Part shown: positions 23,430 through 37,893 of the stretch, in pieces
Layout of the letters: each line of letters opens with the position of its first letter
How positions within the stretch are numbered: the stretch's first letter is position 1
NCBI GenBank assembly: GCA_000004695.1
Contig: CM000152.2
Location: forward strand, 4,960,001 to 5,024,000
Length of the DNA stretch: 64,000 nt
Reading direction: 5' to 3'
DNA from: Dictyostelium discoideum
Taxonomy: Eukaryota
Translations under genes and position numbers: made by a program
Notes under the pieces: model-generated
The model's input: only the letters and a program-made list of their open reading frames with translations
Databases searched by the model: none
What the model was told of the DNA's origin: nothing

Positions 23430-24948
23430 TTATTTACGTTTTGATTCAATTTCTTGAATGAATTTTGTTGCAATATCAGTTGCTTCTTTAACGGATTTTG
23501 CTTCAGCAATTACACGAATGATATGTTCAGTATTTGATTTACGTAAATGAACCCACCAATCTTGAGAATCAATTTTAAGACCATCCTCTTGATTGATGAC
23601 AACACCTGGTTTATTGATGAATTGAGAGGTGTATTCAGCCAAGATTGAATCTGGATCTAAACCTTCAATGCCTGCTTTTAATTTAACAATTTCATAAGTT
23701 GGTAAGGTTTCTTTTAATTTACTAATACTTGGTGCTTGAGAATAACGATTTGCCATCAATTGTAATGCTAATGTTGCGGCGACAGGTGCATCTCTACCAA
23801 TGTGAATATCTGGTAGCATTACACCACCATTGCCTTCACCACCGATAACAGCATTCACTTGCTGCATCTTTTTAGCTACTTGAATCTCACCAACTGGTGC
23901 ACAAATTACTTGACTTTCATATTTCTTACAAATATCATCGATTGCACGAGAGGAGGAAAGGTTCTTACAAACGTTGCCCCTACGACCACAGTCGCCCAAT
24001 ACCAACTCGACAGCCATGGCGAGGGTGTACTCCTCGCCCAACGGCTTGCCGTGCTCGTCGATGAATACGCAACGGTCGACGTCGGGGTCTACGGCAATGC
24101 CAAAATCAGCTTTATACTTTACAACCATTTCACAGAGTTGGCCCAAATTGGATGGCACAGGTTCTGGTGTGTGGGCGAATAAACCAGTGGTTTCTAAATT
24201 GATGCCAATCACTTCACAATTTAATTGAGTTAACAAGTATGACATTATTGGACCACCTGCACCATTGACAGAATCTAAACAAACCTTAAATCTTCTCTCT
24301 CTAATCTTTGAAATATCCAAGAATGCTAATGAAAGAATTGCACCAACATGTTGTTGATTTGCATCTACACATTTCTCTATTTTACCCAGCTGATCATATC
24401 CACTAAATTTAAATTCCTCTGGTTTATCTGCCATTGAAAATAAAATTTCACATTCTTTTGGTGCTATAAATAATCCATCTGGTCCAATAAATTTCAACCC
24501 ATTCCATTCAATTGGATTATGACTACTAGTTATAACAATACCACCTGATGATTTTGTTTTTTCAACCATATATTGCACCTATATTTTCATATTAAAAAAA
24601 AAATAAAAAAAAAACAATTAATTTATTAATTATTATTATTATTATTATTTTATTTTTATTTTTTATTATTATCATTTTTATAAATACAGTTGGAGTTGAA
24701 GCAATATCAATATGAATAACTTGATAACCTCTTGAAATTAATGAACCATTTGTAATCATTTCAAACCAAGGTCCTGAAACTCTTGAATCACGTCCAACTA
24801 CAATTTTTTTTTGATTTTGATTATAATGACTTGATTCTAATAATTGAGTGAATGCTATGATATGATTTGCAACCAATGTTGGAGTCCATGATTGATCGGC
24901 TCCAACTACACCTCTAACTCCTGAAATACTACGAATCATATGACTCAT
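23430..24948 (-). CDS. Alpha-D-phosphohexomutase, bacterial/archaeal ManB/GlmM-like phosphomannomutase/phosphoglucomutase type. Exons are 24948..24688 and 24578..23430.
   Basis: N-terminal MSHMIRSISGVRGVVG (the typical PMM/PGM start). The donor follows ...DIASTPT (GTATTT). The acceptor TATAG lies before VQYMVEKTKSSGGIVITSSHNPIEWNGLKF, which contains the active-site Ser motif T/SSHNP. The metal-binding loop is FGIAVDPDVDRC. Confidence 0.7.
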
Positions 24949-25413
24949 TTGGTTTTATATATATATATATATTTAATTAATTATAGTTGTTATTATAAAA
25001 AATAAAATAATAAAATAAAAATAAAAAAAAATAAAAAAATGAAAAAAAAAAAAAAAAAAAATAATGTGTGAACTAAATTTAATTTAATTTTGGATTAAAA
25101 AAATAAAATTAAAAAAAAAAAATAAAAAAAAAATGAAAATCAGCATCATCAGCATCATCACCATCATTCATGTTATATTTTCGTGTTGTTTATACTATTT
25201 TTAGATATAATAAAAAAATAGAATATAAAAAAAAAAAAAAATGAAAATAATCATCATCATTCTCCGCCCCAAAAAATTCATATTATTTTTTCATATTGTT
25301 TATACTATTTTTAAGATATAATAAAAAATAAAAAATCTAAATGAAAAAAAAAATAAAAATGTAAAAAATAAAAAAAAAAATCTAGTTTGAATAAAAGAAA
25401 AAATCAATCCTTA

Positions 25414-25450
<37 letters not shown>

Positions 25451-25477
25451 GATAATTACAAAATTTTGTTAATTTTA

Positions 25478-25512
<35 letters not shown>

Positions 25513-25632
25513 ATTCCACCCAACAACCACTTACATTTACATTATAAAAAGCAATTTTTATTTTTTTTTATAATATTTTCAATCAAAAATAAATATTTAT
25601 TCTATTTTTAAATAACCTAAAAAATAAAAAAA

Positions 25633-26453
25633 ATGCAAAACCAAGAACCTTTAAGTAAAGATTTTAAAAGCGCAATTGTTATTTCCCCACCAATTGAGCT
25701 TTCAATTCAAATTCAAGAATTTAGAAAAAAATATGATAAAGCATTCGTAAGATGGATGCCACATATAAATTTGTAAATATAATTTAGTATAATACTAAAT
25801 ATATTTTAATTATTTACAACTTGGGGAAAAAAATAAAATATATTAATATACTTTTTTTTTTTTATTATTTATTTTTTATATACTTTTTATGGGTGTGTTG
25901 GTGTGTGATAAATGAAAATTAGAATTTTTCCATTTGTAAAAATATATGATTTTAATTCAGTATATGAATTATTAAGAAAAGAATTGGCAGATTTCCCAGC
26001 ATTTAAATTAGTTTTTAAAGAAGTTTCATTCTTTCAACATGGTAGTAATTATGTTGTTTGGTTAAAACCAGAAACACCCGAAGATCCAACAATAATTAAT
26101 CGTCTCCAAGCTAAATTAGAGTCATTACTCCCTGGATTTAATGAATTAAGTAATAAATCACCTAGCGGATTTCAACCTCATTTAACTCTTGGTCAATTTA
26201 ATGGAGTAGGTTTCATATACATAAAAATATATTTTTAATTTTTATTATAAAAAACAAAAAAGATTTAAATTTTAACCTGATTATTAATTATAATAATAAA
26301 ATTAGAAAAGAGAAGCAGAACAAAAGATAGCTAGTATACAAGCAGAGTTACAACCAATAGAATTTGAAGTTTCAGAGATATATATGATTAATAGGAATGG
26401 GGAAGTTCCATTTTCCATTGAAAATACAATAAAGTTATCAAGAAAAATTTAAT
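25633..26453 (+). CDS. 2H-phosphoesterase superfamily protein (LigT/cyclic phosphodiesterase-like). Exons are about 25633..25772, 25923..26205 and 26307..26453.
   Basis: Exon 1 reads MQNQEPLSKDFKSAIVISPPIELSIQIQEFRKKYDKAFVRWMPHINL, with phase 2 and donor GTAAAT. Exon 2 reads IFPFVKIYDFNSVYELLRKELADFPAFKLVFKEVSFF...GFQPHLTLGQFNG, with donor GTAGGT. Exon 3 reads KREAEQKIASIQAELQPIEFEVSEIYMINRNGEVPFSIENTIKLSRKI*. Two H-x-T/N-L motifs (PHINL, PHLTL) are spaced as in 2H enzymes. Confidence 0.55.
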
Positions 26454-27350
26454 TAATTTAATTAATTCTTAAAAAAAAAAAAAAAAAAAAAAAAAACATA
26501 TGAAATAATAATAAATAAATAATAAATATATAAAATAAAATAAAATAAAATAAAAATAAAAATGGATGTAATAAGAAAAAAAAAAAAAAAAAAAAATATT
26601 TAATTACTTTTTTTAATTAGATCGGTCATTATGATAAAAAAAACAGTAAAAATTTTTTAAATTTATAGGATATTTGTAGTTTAAATATTGGGGTAAATTG
26701 TGATCAAAAATTAGATACAAAATATCAAAAAAAATCTTCTTTTGTGATATAACAAAATGAAGGACAAGAAATAAAGAAGAAACAATATTTCCATTTTCCA
26801 AAAAAAAAAAAGAAAAAATAATCAATAATAATAATAATAATAAAACTGTAATTAATATGACAATACTTGTAAAACTTTTAAAAAAATAATAGGGTTAATC
26901 TTTAATAAATCTATTAATTTTTTGTCCCAATATCAAAGATTTTATCAAAAATAATTATTAAGATTGTTGGTGATTAAAAAAAAAAAGCAAACAAACCTTT
27001 TATGTATAAAAAGTAATTATAAACCCCATGATTCTAGAGGGTAATTAAAAATAGTGTAAACTCTTTAAAAAAAATAAGAAGAATTTGGCTATTTATTACT
27101 GTAAATAGATTTTGTCAAAAATTAAAATCATTTTAGAAATTTTAAAAGATTAAAAAAAACCAATCACCATTCTCCAGATTTGGGGAAAATATAATATTTA
27201 CACTGTAGATCAATTTAAGATTATTATTAAATTAAATTGTGTTGTTAAGTATATTTTATCACCAATATATACATGTATGTGTCACTCTCTTTATTTTTCA
27301 ATCTAACATACACACACTTAAAAATAATAATAAAATATTAATTATGTACA

Positions 27351-27400
27351 TTCACCACACACAAAGACACTCAAAATCTATCCACACACACACGGTTATA
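27351..27400. promoter_or_regulatory. CA-repeat tracts (cacacac and related). These are candidate C-rich/CAE-like elements of the type bound by G-box binding factor in Dictyostelium developmental promoters.
   Basis: caccacacacaaagacactcaaaatctatccacacacacacgg lies here. Similar tracts lie at 27955-27990 (gcacatacacacacacacac) and 35455-35480 (acacacacacacactcaggcacactc), upstream of the La gene. Functional assignment is inference. Confidence 0.25.
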
Positions 27401-28847
27401 AGTTATAAAGATTAAAAAAATTTTATATCTACATAATAATTGAATTATATTATAATTTTTATTGTTAATTACTTTTTGTTATTTTTTATTAATATCATTA
27501 ACAAACAACACTTTAAAAAAACTTTAATTATCTTTTGTTGATGCCGTTGTTGTTTTTATTTTTTCAATGTGGTGAGTGGGGGTTTTTTAATGTAGTAAAA
27601 TTAATTTTTTTATTAACTGGTGGTAATTATAGTAGTAGTGTAATATGATAACATAGTTTCGATAGATTAAAAAAAAATAATATAATTTTTTATAAATAGT
27701 TTATAATAAAAAAAATAAAATAACACACAACAACAACCACAACAACAACAACAAAAACAACAAAACAATAACAAAAACAACAATATCAAAACAATAATAA
27801 TAATATTATTATTAAAATAATTTTAAAATAACAATATACCCAATAATTATATTAATAATAACAACAAAACAAAACAATAACAACTACAATATTAATAACA
27901 ACTAAAATGAATGTATAATTATGATAATAATAAAAAATAAAAGAGATTCATTATCAAACACCCCCGCACATACACACACACACACTACAATAAAATAATA
28001 AAACCAACACACAAAGTGATAAAATTGATGAAAATAAATGTGGTTACTTGTGTGAGAATAAAAAAAATATTTTTAGTGAGCTTGTGGGCGTTGGTTTACA
28101 ATGTGTTTACTTAATATTATTATTATTATTATTATTTGGAGCTAAAATTTCCTTTTCTTTTTTATTATTATTATTATTATTTATTTTTTTTGAGAAGAAC
28201 AATTTTGAAAATCTAACAAATTAAATTGAACTTTAAAATTAAACATATTAAAATATCATTCTCGATTTTATTTTTTTTTTAATTTTTTTTTTTTTTTAAA
28301 TATTCATTATTTTATTTATTTTTTTTATTTTTTGTTGTTTTAAATTATTAATTTTAAAAATAAATAAATAAGAAACAATAGGTTTATTAATACTTAATTA
28401 TTTATCTTCAATTAGTAGTAACTAGTAACACACTCAAATAAACACATTCATCAATAAAATAATTACGCAAATATAATTATTTTAATCTGGAAAAAAAATA
28501 AAAAAAAATAATAGAAATTCCTGATGTGTGAGTACCTTTAATTATTTACATTTAAAAAATGTAAATAATTAATAAAAGATTAAAACAATTAAATTGGTTT
28601 TTTTATTTTTATTTTTTTTTTTTTTTTTAATATTTATTATTTTTAAAATATTTTTTTTTTTTTTTTTTTTTCCATCATTATAATTATAAATCATTAAATA
28701 TATTTGTGCCTTTAAAAAAAAAATTGATCAATTTTAATAGATAAATTTAACTATTTCTTTTGATGAAATTACAAAAATAATAATAATTTAAAAAAAATTA
28801 AATAACATTGTTGATTGGTATATTCGAATTTATAATATTTTTGAAAA

Positions 28848-28878
<31 letters not shown>

Positions 28879-29067
28879 TTATTTTCTTGATTTTTAAAAA
28901 AAATAAAATTAAGAAATTATAATTTCTATAAATTTTTTTTAATTTTTTATTTAATAATTTATAAAGAATATATCTTTTTTATAGTTTCTATAATTTTTTT
29001 TAAATTTTTTAATTTTTTTTTATATAATAATTTATAAAGAGTATATCTTTTTTTTTTTTTAAGTCTG

Positions 29068-29099
<32 letters not shown>

Positions 29100-29457
29100 A
29101 AATTTTTTAATTCCAAAATTAGGCCAAAGGGAATATTTAGTTAAAGTTTAATTCAATTGTTTGTATTCAAAAAAAATGTTTTTATTCATTTTTCACAATT
29201 TTTTTATTTATTTTTAATATTATTATAATTATCATTAAAAATATTTTTATAATTGTTGTGTAATTTTTTATTTATAAAATATAACAAATAATATAAATAT
29301 TTTCTAACAAATAAAATAAAAAACGTTTTTAAAGTAACACAACTTTTTGTTTGTTATATTTAAAATGTGTGCAAATACATAAAAACAAATTTTGTATGAT
29401 ATTATTAAATTCAAAGAAAATCCCGTTGGCTTTTCTCTCTTTTTCATTTCATTTTTT

Positions 29458-29496
<39 letters not shown>

Positions 29497-29625
29497 GCAT
29501 CAATATATATTGTTTTCAAAATCAACCAACTTTTTTTTTAAAAAAAAGAGAACTATTGATTCACCTTTTCATTTTCTGACAAAGAGTCATCATTCCAATC
29601 AAACATTTTTTTTATTAGATATCTA

Positions 29626-29662
<37 letters not shown>

Positions 29663-30078
29663 TATTTGTTTTTTTAACCACACAATTTTGAAAATAATTT
29701 ATTCTTTCCACCACATCATCTTAACACTATACTTAATAATAACCCATTAAATAAATTTCATTATCAATAAATTTCTTCAGTTGGCCTTTTTTTATTATTT
29801 ATTTTTTAAATTAAAAAAAAAATAATAAAAATAATAATAATAATAATAATAATAATTAAAATTAGAAAATAAAAATAAAAATAAAAAAATATTACATTAC
29901 TTCTAAATATATACTTTTTCAAGAGTATGTCAGTTAAGATGTATGTATATGATAGGTATGGTTATGTATAATTTTTTTATTGATGGAACCAATCAAAAAA
30001 AACTAATAATATAATTTGCTCCCTTTATATTTTAAAGAGAGATCATTACCTTTTGAAAAAAGTAAGAGTTTTAAAATT

Positions 30079-30111
<33 letters not shown>

Positions 30112-30421
30112 GGAAAATAAAATTAATAAAAATAATAAAAATAGTTTTAAAAACGAATGAATTTTATATAAATAACTCTTAATTATTTTTTTATTAAAAA
30201 AAAAAAAAAAAAAAGTAAAAATTTAATTTAGAAACCATTTTTTTTTTATTTTTTATTTTTTTTTTGTTTTAAAAAACATACATACATTTTGTGATATTTT
30301 TGCAACAAAAATTAATTTTAAATTTTAAATTCTCAAAAATTTCAATAAAATTATTTGGGTTCCTAAATTTAAATAATTAAACAAAAAATTTTTTATTAAA
30401 CTTGCATCTCATATTGGTTTT

Positions 30422-30521
30422 NNNNNNNNNNNNNNNNNNNNNNNNNNNNNNNNNNNNNNNNNNNNNNNNNNNNNNNNNNNNNNNNNNNNNNNNNNNNNNN
30501 NNNNNNNNNNNNNNNNNNNNN
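30422..30521. other. Assembly gap (100 N).
   Basis: Run of n characters. The ORF-track entry 30402..30650 spans it and is meaningless. Confidence 1.
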
Positions 30522-30728
30522 TTTTTCAAAAAAAAAAAAAAATACTATCTCACTTACAGATTTAAAAAAAAAAAAAATTATTTTGTTTTTTTATTTTTTT
30601 CTTTTTTTCTTTTTTTATTTTTTTATTTTTATTTTTGTTTTTTATTTTGATTTTTTATTTTTTTTTTTTTTTTATTTTTTATTTAAATTAATTAATTTTC
30701 AACATAAAAAAAATATCCCCTCCTCAAA

Positions 30729-30766
<38 letters not shown>

Positions 30767-30786
30767 ATAAAAAAAAAATTAAAGTT

Positions 30787-30830
30787 CTCGAGCGCTAAAA
30801 AAAAAAAAACCACTTATCGATAGTGTTAAC
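30787..30830. promoter_or_regulatory. Cluster of four 6-bp restriction-site palindromes within 44 bp: CTCGAG, AGCGCT, ATCGAT, GTTAAC.
   Basis: ttCTCGAGCGCTaaaaaaaaaaaaaccacttATCGATagtGTTAACaatt. It lies 150 bp upstream of the GATA factor ATG and about 270 bp downstream of the assembly gap. The nature of the element is unknown (regulatory palindromes, or a linker or assembly artefact). Confidence 0.3.
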
Positions 30831-30914
30831 AATTATATAAATATTTTTTTAATAATAAATAAAAATAAAAAATAAAAATAAAATAAAATAAAAAAAAACA
30901 AAACCTAATAAAAT

Positions 30915-30953
<39 letters not shown>

Positions 30954-30976
30954 CTCGATGTGTTGGTACTCAAAGA

Positions 30977-33121
<2,145 letters not shown>

Positions 33122-33574
33122 TTTCTTCCTCCCCCCTCTCTCCCTCTCCCTTACTCTCATTCAATGTTATTCTTTGGAAAATATATAAAAGAAACTGGAA
33201 AAAAAAAAAAAAAAAAAAAAAAAAAGAATAAGAAATGAAAAATAAAAACGAATATGGAACATGTTTGCAAAGTATCAAAAAAAAAAAAAAAAGAATAACA
33301 AATTCATATTGTTACAATGATCAAACCTAGAACGAAACATATTTTTAGAAGACTATATTTTTGGAGATAAATAAATTATTTATCTTTTTTTTTTTTTTTC
33401 TAAACTTTATTAATATTATTTATTTTCACATCTATTATAGAAAAAAAAAAAAAAAGGAAAAGAAAAAAATAAAAATAAAAATAGATATCTATATTATACA
33501 ATCAAAATAAATTAAAATTTAAATAAATTATTAAATAAAAAAAAAAGAAATAATAAATATTTTTTATTATTTAT

Positions 33575-34081
33575 TTATTTTTGTAAAATTATAATTTCAT
33601 TTTCATTGAGTGGTTCTTGGAAACCATTGAAGTGATGATCTAAAATTTCATTTGTAATTTCGAATGGTGAATTTGCATTTATAGATTGATTTCTTATTTT
33701 TAATCTATTCTTTAAAGTCTCGTAATCAGATTTTAAATAAATTAATTGGATTTCCTTTACAATACCCTCATTAATACCAACTTGTTCTATGAAATCTCTA
33801 TATGATTCTCTTGTTGATTTCCTCCAAAAACTACTATCAATAACAATATTTTTACCTTGAATGATTAATTCTGATAACTTTTGTCTTAATTCTTTATCAG
33901 TGTTATCTAATATTTCTCTATATTTCTCAACTGGGTAATCAATACCATGTCTTCCATATTTCTCCCATACCATTTCATCTATTGAAAGACGTATATAACC
34001 TTCTTCTTTTTCTTTTTTCTTTGAGAATGTACTTTTACCTGATCCACAACAACCACACATCATTATAATTGTACTTTTCAT
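33575..34081 (-). CDS. Small P-loop NTPase/kinase (AAA_33/zeta-toxin/gluconate-kinase-like fold), 168 aa.
   Basis: Walker A motif MMCGCCGSGKSTFSKKK near the N-terminus, single exon. Family assignment is by motif only. Confidence 0.5.
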   Translation of the reverse strand: MKSTIIMMCGCCGSGKSTFSKKKEKEEGYIRLSIDEMVWEKYGRHGIDYPVEKYREILDNTDKELRQKLSELIIQGKNIVIDSSFWRKSTRESYRDFIEQVGINEGIVKEIQLIYLKSDYETLKNRLKIRNQSINANSPFEITNEILDHHFNGFQEPLNENEIIILQK

Positions 34082-34250
34082 TTTATTAATTTTTTTTTTT
34101 TTTTTTTCTGGTGTTCCTATGAAAAAGAAAAAAAAAAAAAATATTTATTACTTTGGTAAAAAAAGAAAAAAAAAAAAAAAAGAAAAAAAAAGAAAAATCT
34201 TTTTTTTTTCGCAAATCTATTAACAGAAAAATTGACCAAAAATAATTATT

Positions 34251-34286
<36 letters not shown>

Positions 34287-34325
34287 CAATACTTTTATTT
34301 AGTATTGTTTTGTTTTAATTGGCTT

Positions 34326-34356
<31 letters not shown>

Positions 34357-34440
34357 TTGTTAAAGAGAAAAAAAAAAAAAAAAAAAGATTCCAAAAAAAA
34401 AAAAAAAAAAGATAAAATTGATTATTATTATATTGTTAAA

Positions 34441-35199
<759 letters not shown>

Positions 35200-35491
35200 T
35201 TTAAATTTTATATGTATTTATTTATTTTATATTTCTTTGTTTAAGTTTTATTGAAAATAATAAAATTTAAAAAAAAAAAAAAAAAAAAAACGTTAAACTT
35301 GCTTTTTATAATTTTTTTTTTTCTTTTTTTTTTTTCCAATTTTTATTTTTTTTTTTTTTTTTTTTTTTTAATTTTTTTTTTTTTTTAATTTTATTTTTAA
35401 AACAGTCACCAACACTCTTTTTAATTTTAGAAAATATCTTTTATTTAGAATTTACACACACACACACTCAGGCACACTCAAAATATTAATT

Positions 35492-36395
35492 ATGAGTGAA
35501 AATAGAGTCAATGATATTAAAAAACTAATTGAATTTTATTTTAGTGACTCAAACCTTAGGAAAGATAAATTTTTATTTAATTTAATCCAAACCAATCAAA
35601 ATGATGGATGTAAGTATTATTTAAAATTCTAAATTTTTTTTTTTTTTTTTTTTTTTTTCCTATTTATATATAAATATATATATATAAGTACGCCTCCTAT
35701 TTAAAACTAAAAAAAAAAAAATAAAAAAAAACCAAAACCAAAAAAAAAAAATTGAAAATAAACAGGTTATTTTGAAAATATTAATTCAATATAAATAATT
35801 AATAATAATAATAATAATAATAAATATGATAGGGATTGATTTATCAATAATATTAGAATTTCAAAAGATTAAATCTGTTATCAATGAAAATTCATTAACA
35901 GAGCAAGAATTGGAACAAGTTTTTAAAGATAGTAAATTATTAATATTAAATCAAGATAAAAATAAAATTAAAAGGATTGAATGGCCAATTAAAGAGTTAA
36001 CACAATTAGAAATTAAAGAAATTGATGAAAAAACAATTTATATTGAACCAATTACAAATAAAATTTCAACTCCTGATTTAATTAGAAAATTATTATTATT
36101 AGAACAAAAAATTGAAAATGATAATAATAATAATAATGAATTAATTCAACATATTTCAATACCAAAATTTTCAGATAAAACATTAAAAGGATTTGCATTT
36201 GTAGAATTTTCAAATAAAGATATTGCAAATCAAACTATAAGAAATATTGATTTAAATCCAAGTAAATATGAAAATTTAATTGCATTATCAAAATTTGAAT
36301 GGTCAGAAAAGAAAAAAAAATTCTCTTATTTAAATAATCCATCCAGATATTTGAAAATTTCAAATATTCCAACAATTATTCAAACTAATTATAAA

Positions 36396-36439
<44 letters not shown>

Positions 36440-36803
36440 TGATGGTGGTGATGATGATGATGATGATGATGAGGATGATGATGATGAATTAATAGTAATA
36501 GATTCTACAAATGATAAAAGTTGTACTAAAATATTAAAAATGAATAAACCATGTCTTTGGAAGTTTTTTGATGAACAAACTAGTATAACTGTATCATTTT
36601 TAGATTATATAAGTGGTTCTGATAAAGCAATTTTAAAGTTTTCATCACAATTAGATATTCAAAATGCAATTGACCAATTTCAATTAGGTGAAATTAAACT
36701 TTACAATAATATTTTAAACATCATCCATCTATCCGATTCTGAAATTAATTCATTAAAACAAAGAACTCAATCACATGAAAAATCAAAATTTGGAAATCAA
36801 AAA

Positions 36804-36835
<32 letters not shown>

Positions 36836-36860
36836 TTATAATAAAAGAAAGAGGGATTGA
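35492..36860 (+). CDS. La-motif plus RRM protein (La/SSB or La-related protein). Exon 1 is about 35492..35610, exon 2 is about 35833..36860.
   Basis: Exon 1 reads MSENRVNDIKKLIEFYFSDSNLRKDKFLFNLIQTNQNDG, carrying the La-motif signature (EFYFSDSNLRKDKFL), with donor GTAAGT. Exon 2 contains the RRM RNP1 motif KGFAFVEF, an acidic D-run and a basic C-terminus. Confidence 0.65.
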
Positions 36861-36940
36861 AAGATTATTCTATGTTTATATGTACAAAATAATTTTAATA
36901 TTTATTTTTTAATTATATATATATATATTATTTTTTAAAA

Positions 36941-37154
36941 TTAATCTTCATCATTTGTATTGTCTTTTAAGAAAACAGGACCTTTTTGAATTGGAATATT
37001 TCTAAGTTTATGATATTCTTCAAATTTAATTAAACCTGGATTTTCCATGAATTTATCTTTAATCATTGGTTCAACAATTGCTAAAAATCCACTAGTTGCA
37101 TGCTATTAAATAAATTAAATAAAAAAAAAAAAATAAGAGAATTTAATAAAATTG

Positions 37155-37190
<36 letters not shown>

Positions 37191-37559
37191 TACATTTGTT
37201 TTTAATAATGATGGATTATTAATTAATTCTTTATTAATTTCTAATAGTTTTCCTTTTATACAACTTCTTAAAAAGTATTCTTTACCATTTGAACATGTTA
37301 TAACACATAGGATTGTATTTGATTGTAATTTGAAACCACCAGTTTTTCTAACACCTGAAACTTCATTATTAATTGCATTCTCTTTAAATTCAATCTTTGA
37401 AATTTCTTGTTGTAAAACTGGATGCGATGGTGCAACACCAATAACTGCCAATTCATTAGTATGTTGATTTACATATTGATCTTCTGTTAAATTTGGGTCT
37501 GTTATTGTTGTATCAATAAAATAATATTGTGAATAATATCTTTCAATTAATGTTCTCAT
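36941..37559 (-). CDS. ABITRAM/FAM206A (Simiate) family protein. Exon 1 is about 37559..37193, exon 2 is about 37103..36941.
   Basis: MRTLIERYYSQYYFIDTTITDPNLTEDQYVNQHTNELAVIGVAPSHPVLQ...CSNGKEYFLRSCIKGKLLEINKELINNPSLLKTN/HATSGFLAIVEPMIKDKF... aligns with human FAM206A (SLVDRYFTRWY...HSNRICVITLAESHPVLQ...[50 protein letters not shown]). The intron contains a poly-T run of about 30 nt. The ORF track reads through it as [13 protein letters not shown]. Confidence 0.6.
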
Positions 37560-37893
37560 TATATTATTTACTATTTATTATTTGTGTATTTGTGATATTC
37601 TAAATATATCTTCAAAAAAAAAATAAAAAATAAAAAATAAAAAAATACAATTTTTAATAATAAATCTTTTTTTTTCAGTTTCGATTAATTTTTAATTTTT
37701 AATTTTTTTTTATTTTTTATTTTTTATTTTAATTATTTTTTTCATTTTTTAAAAAACCGAATTGAATTTTTTTTTTTTTTTTTTTTTTGTCGTTCGTTTT
37801 TTGGTTATTTTTTTTTTATTTTTATCTATTACTTTTTTTTTTATATATTTTTTTTTTTTTTTTATTTAAAAATAACATAGTAATAATAAAAAA

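Noticed and set aside
27720-27900. CAA/AAC-rich tract that could encode poly-Gln/Thr, considered as an unannotated exon.
   Set aside because: Every frame is interrupted by stops within about 60 nt and there are no flanking splice-site-like junctions. It is more likely non-coding (UTR or promoter). It is kept only as part of the intergenic finding.
30402-30650. ORF containing a run of X residues.
   Set aside because: It spans the 100-N assembly gap and has no biological meaning.
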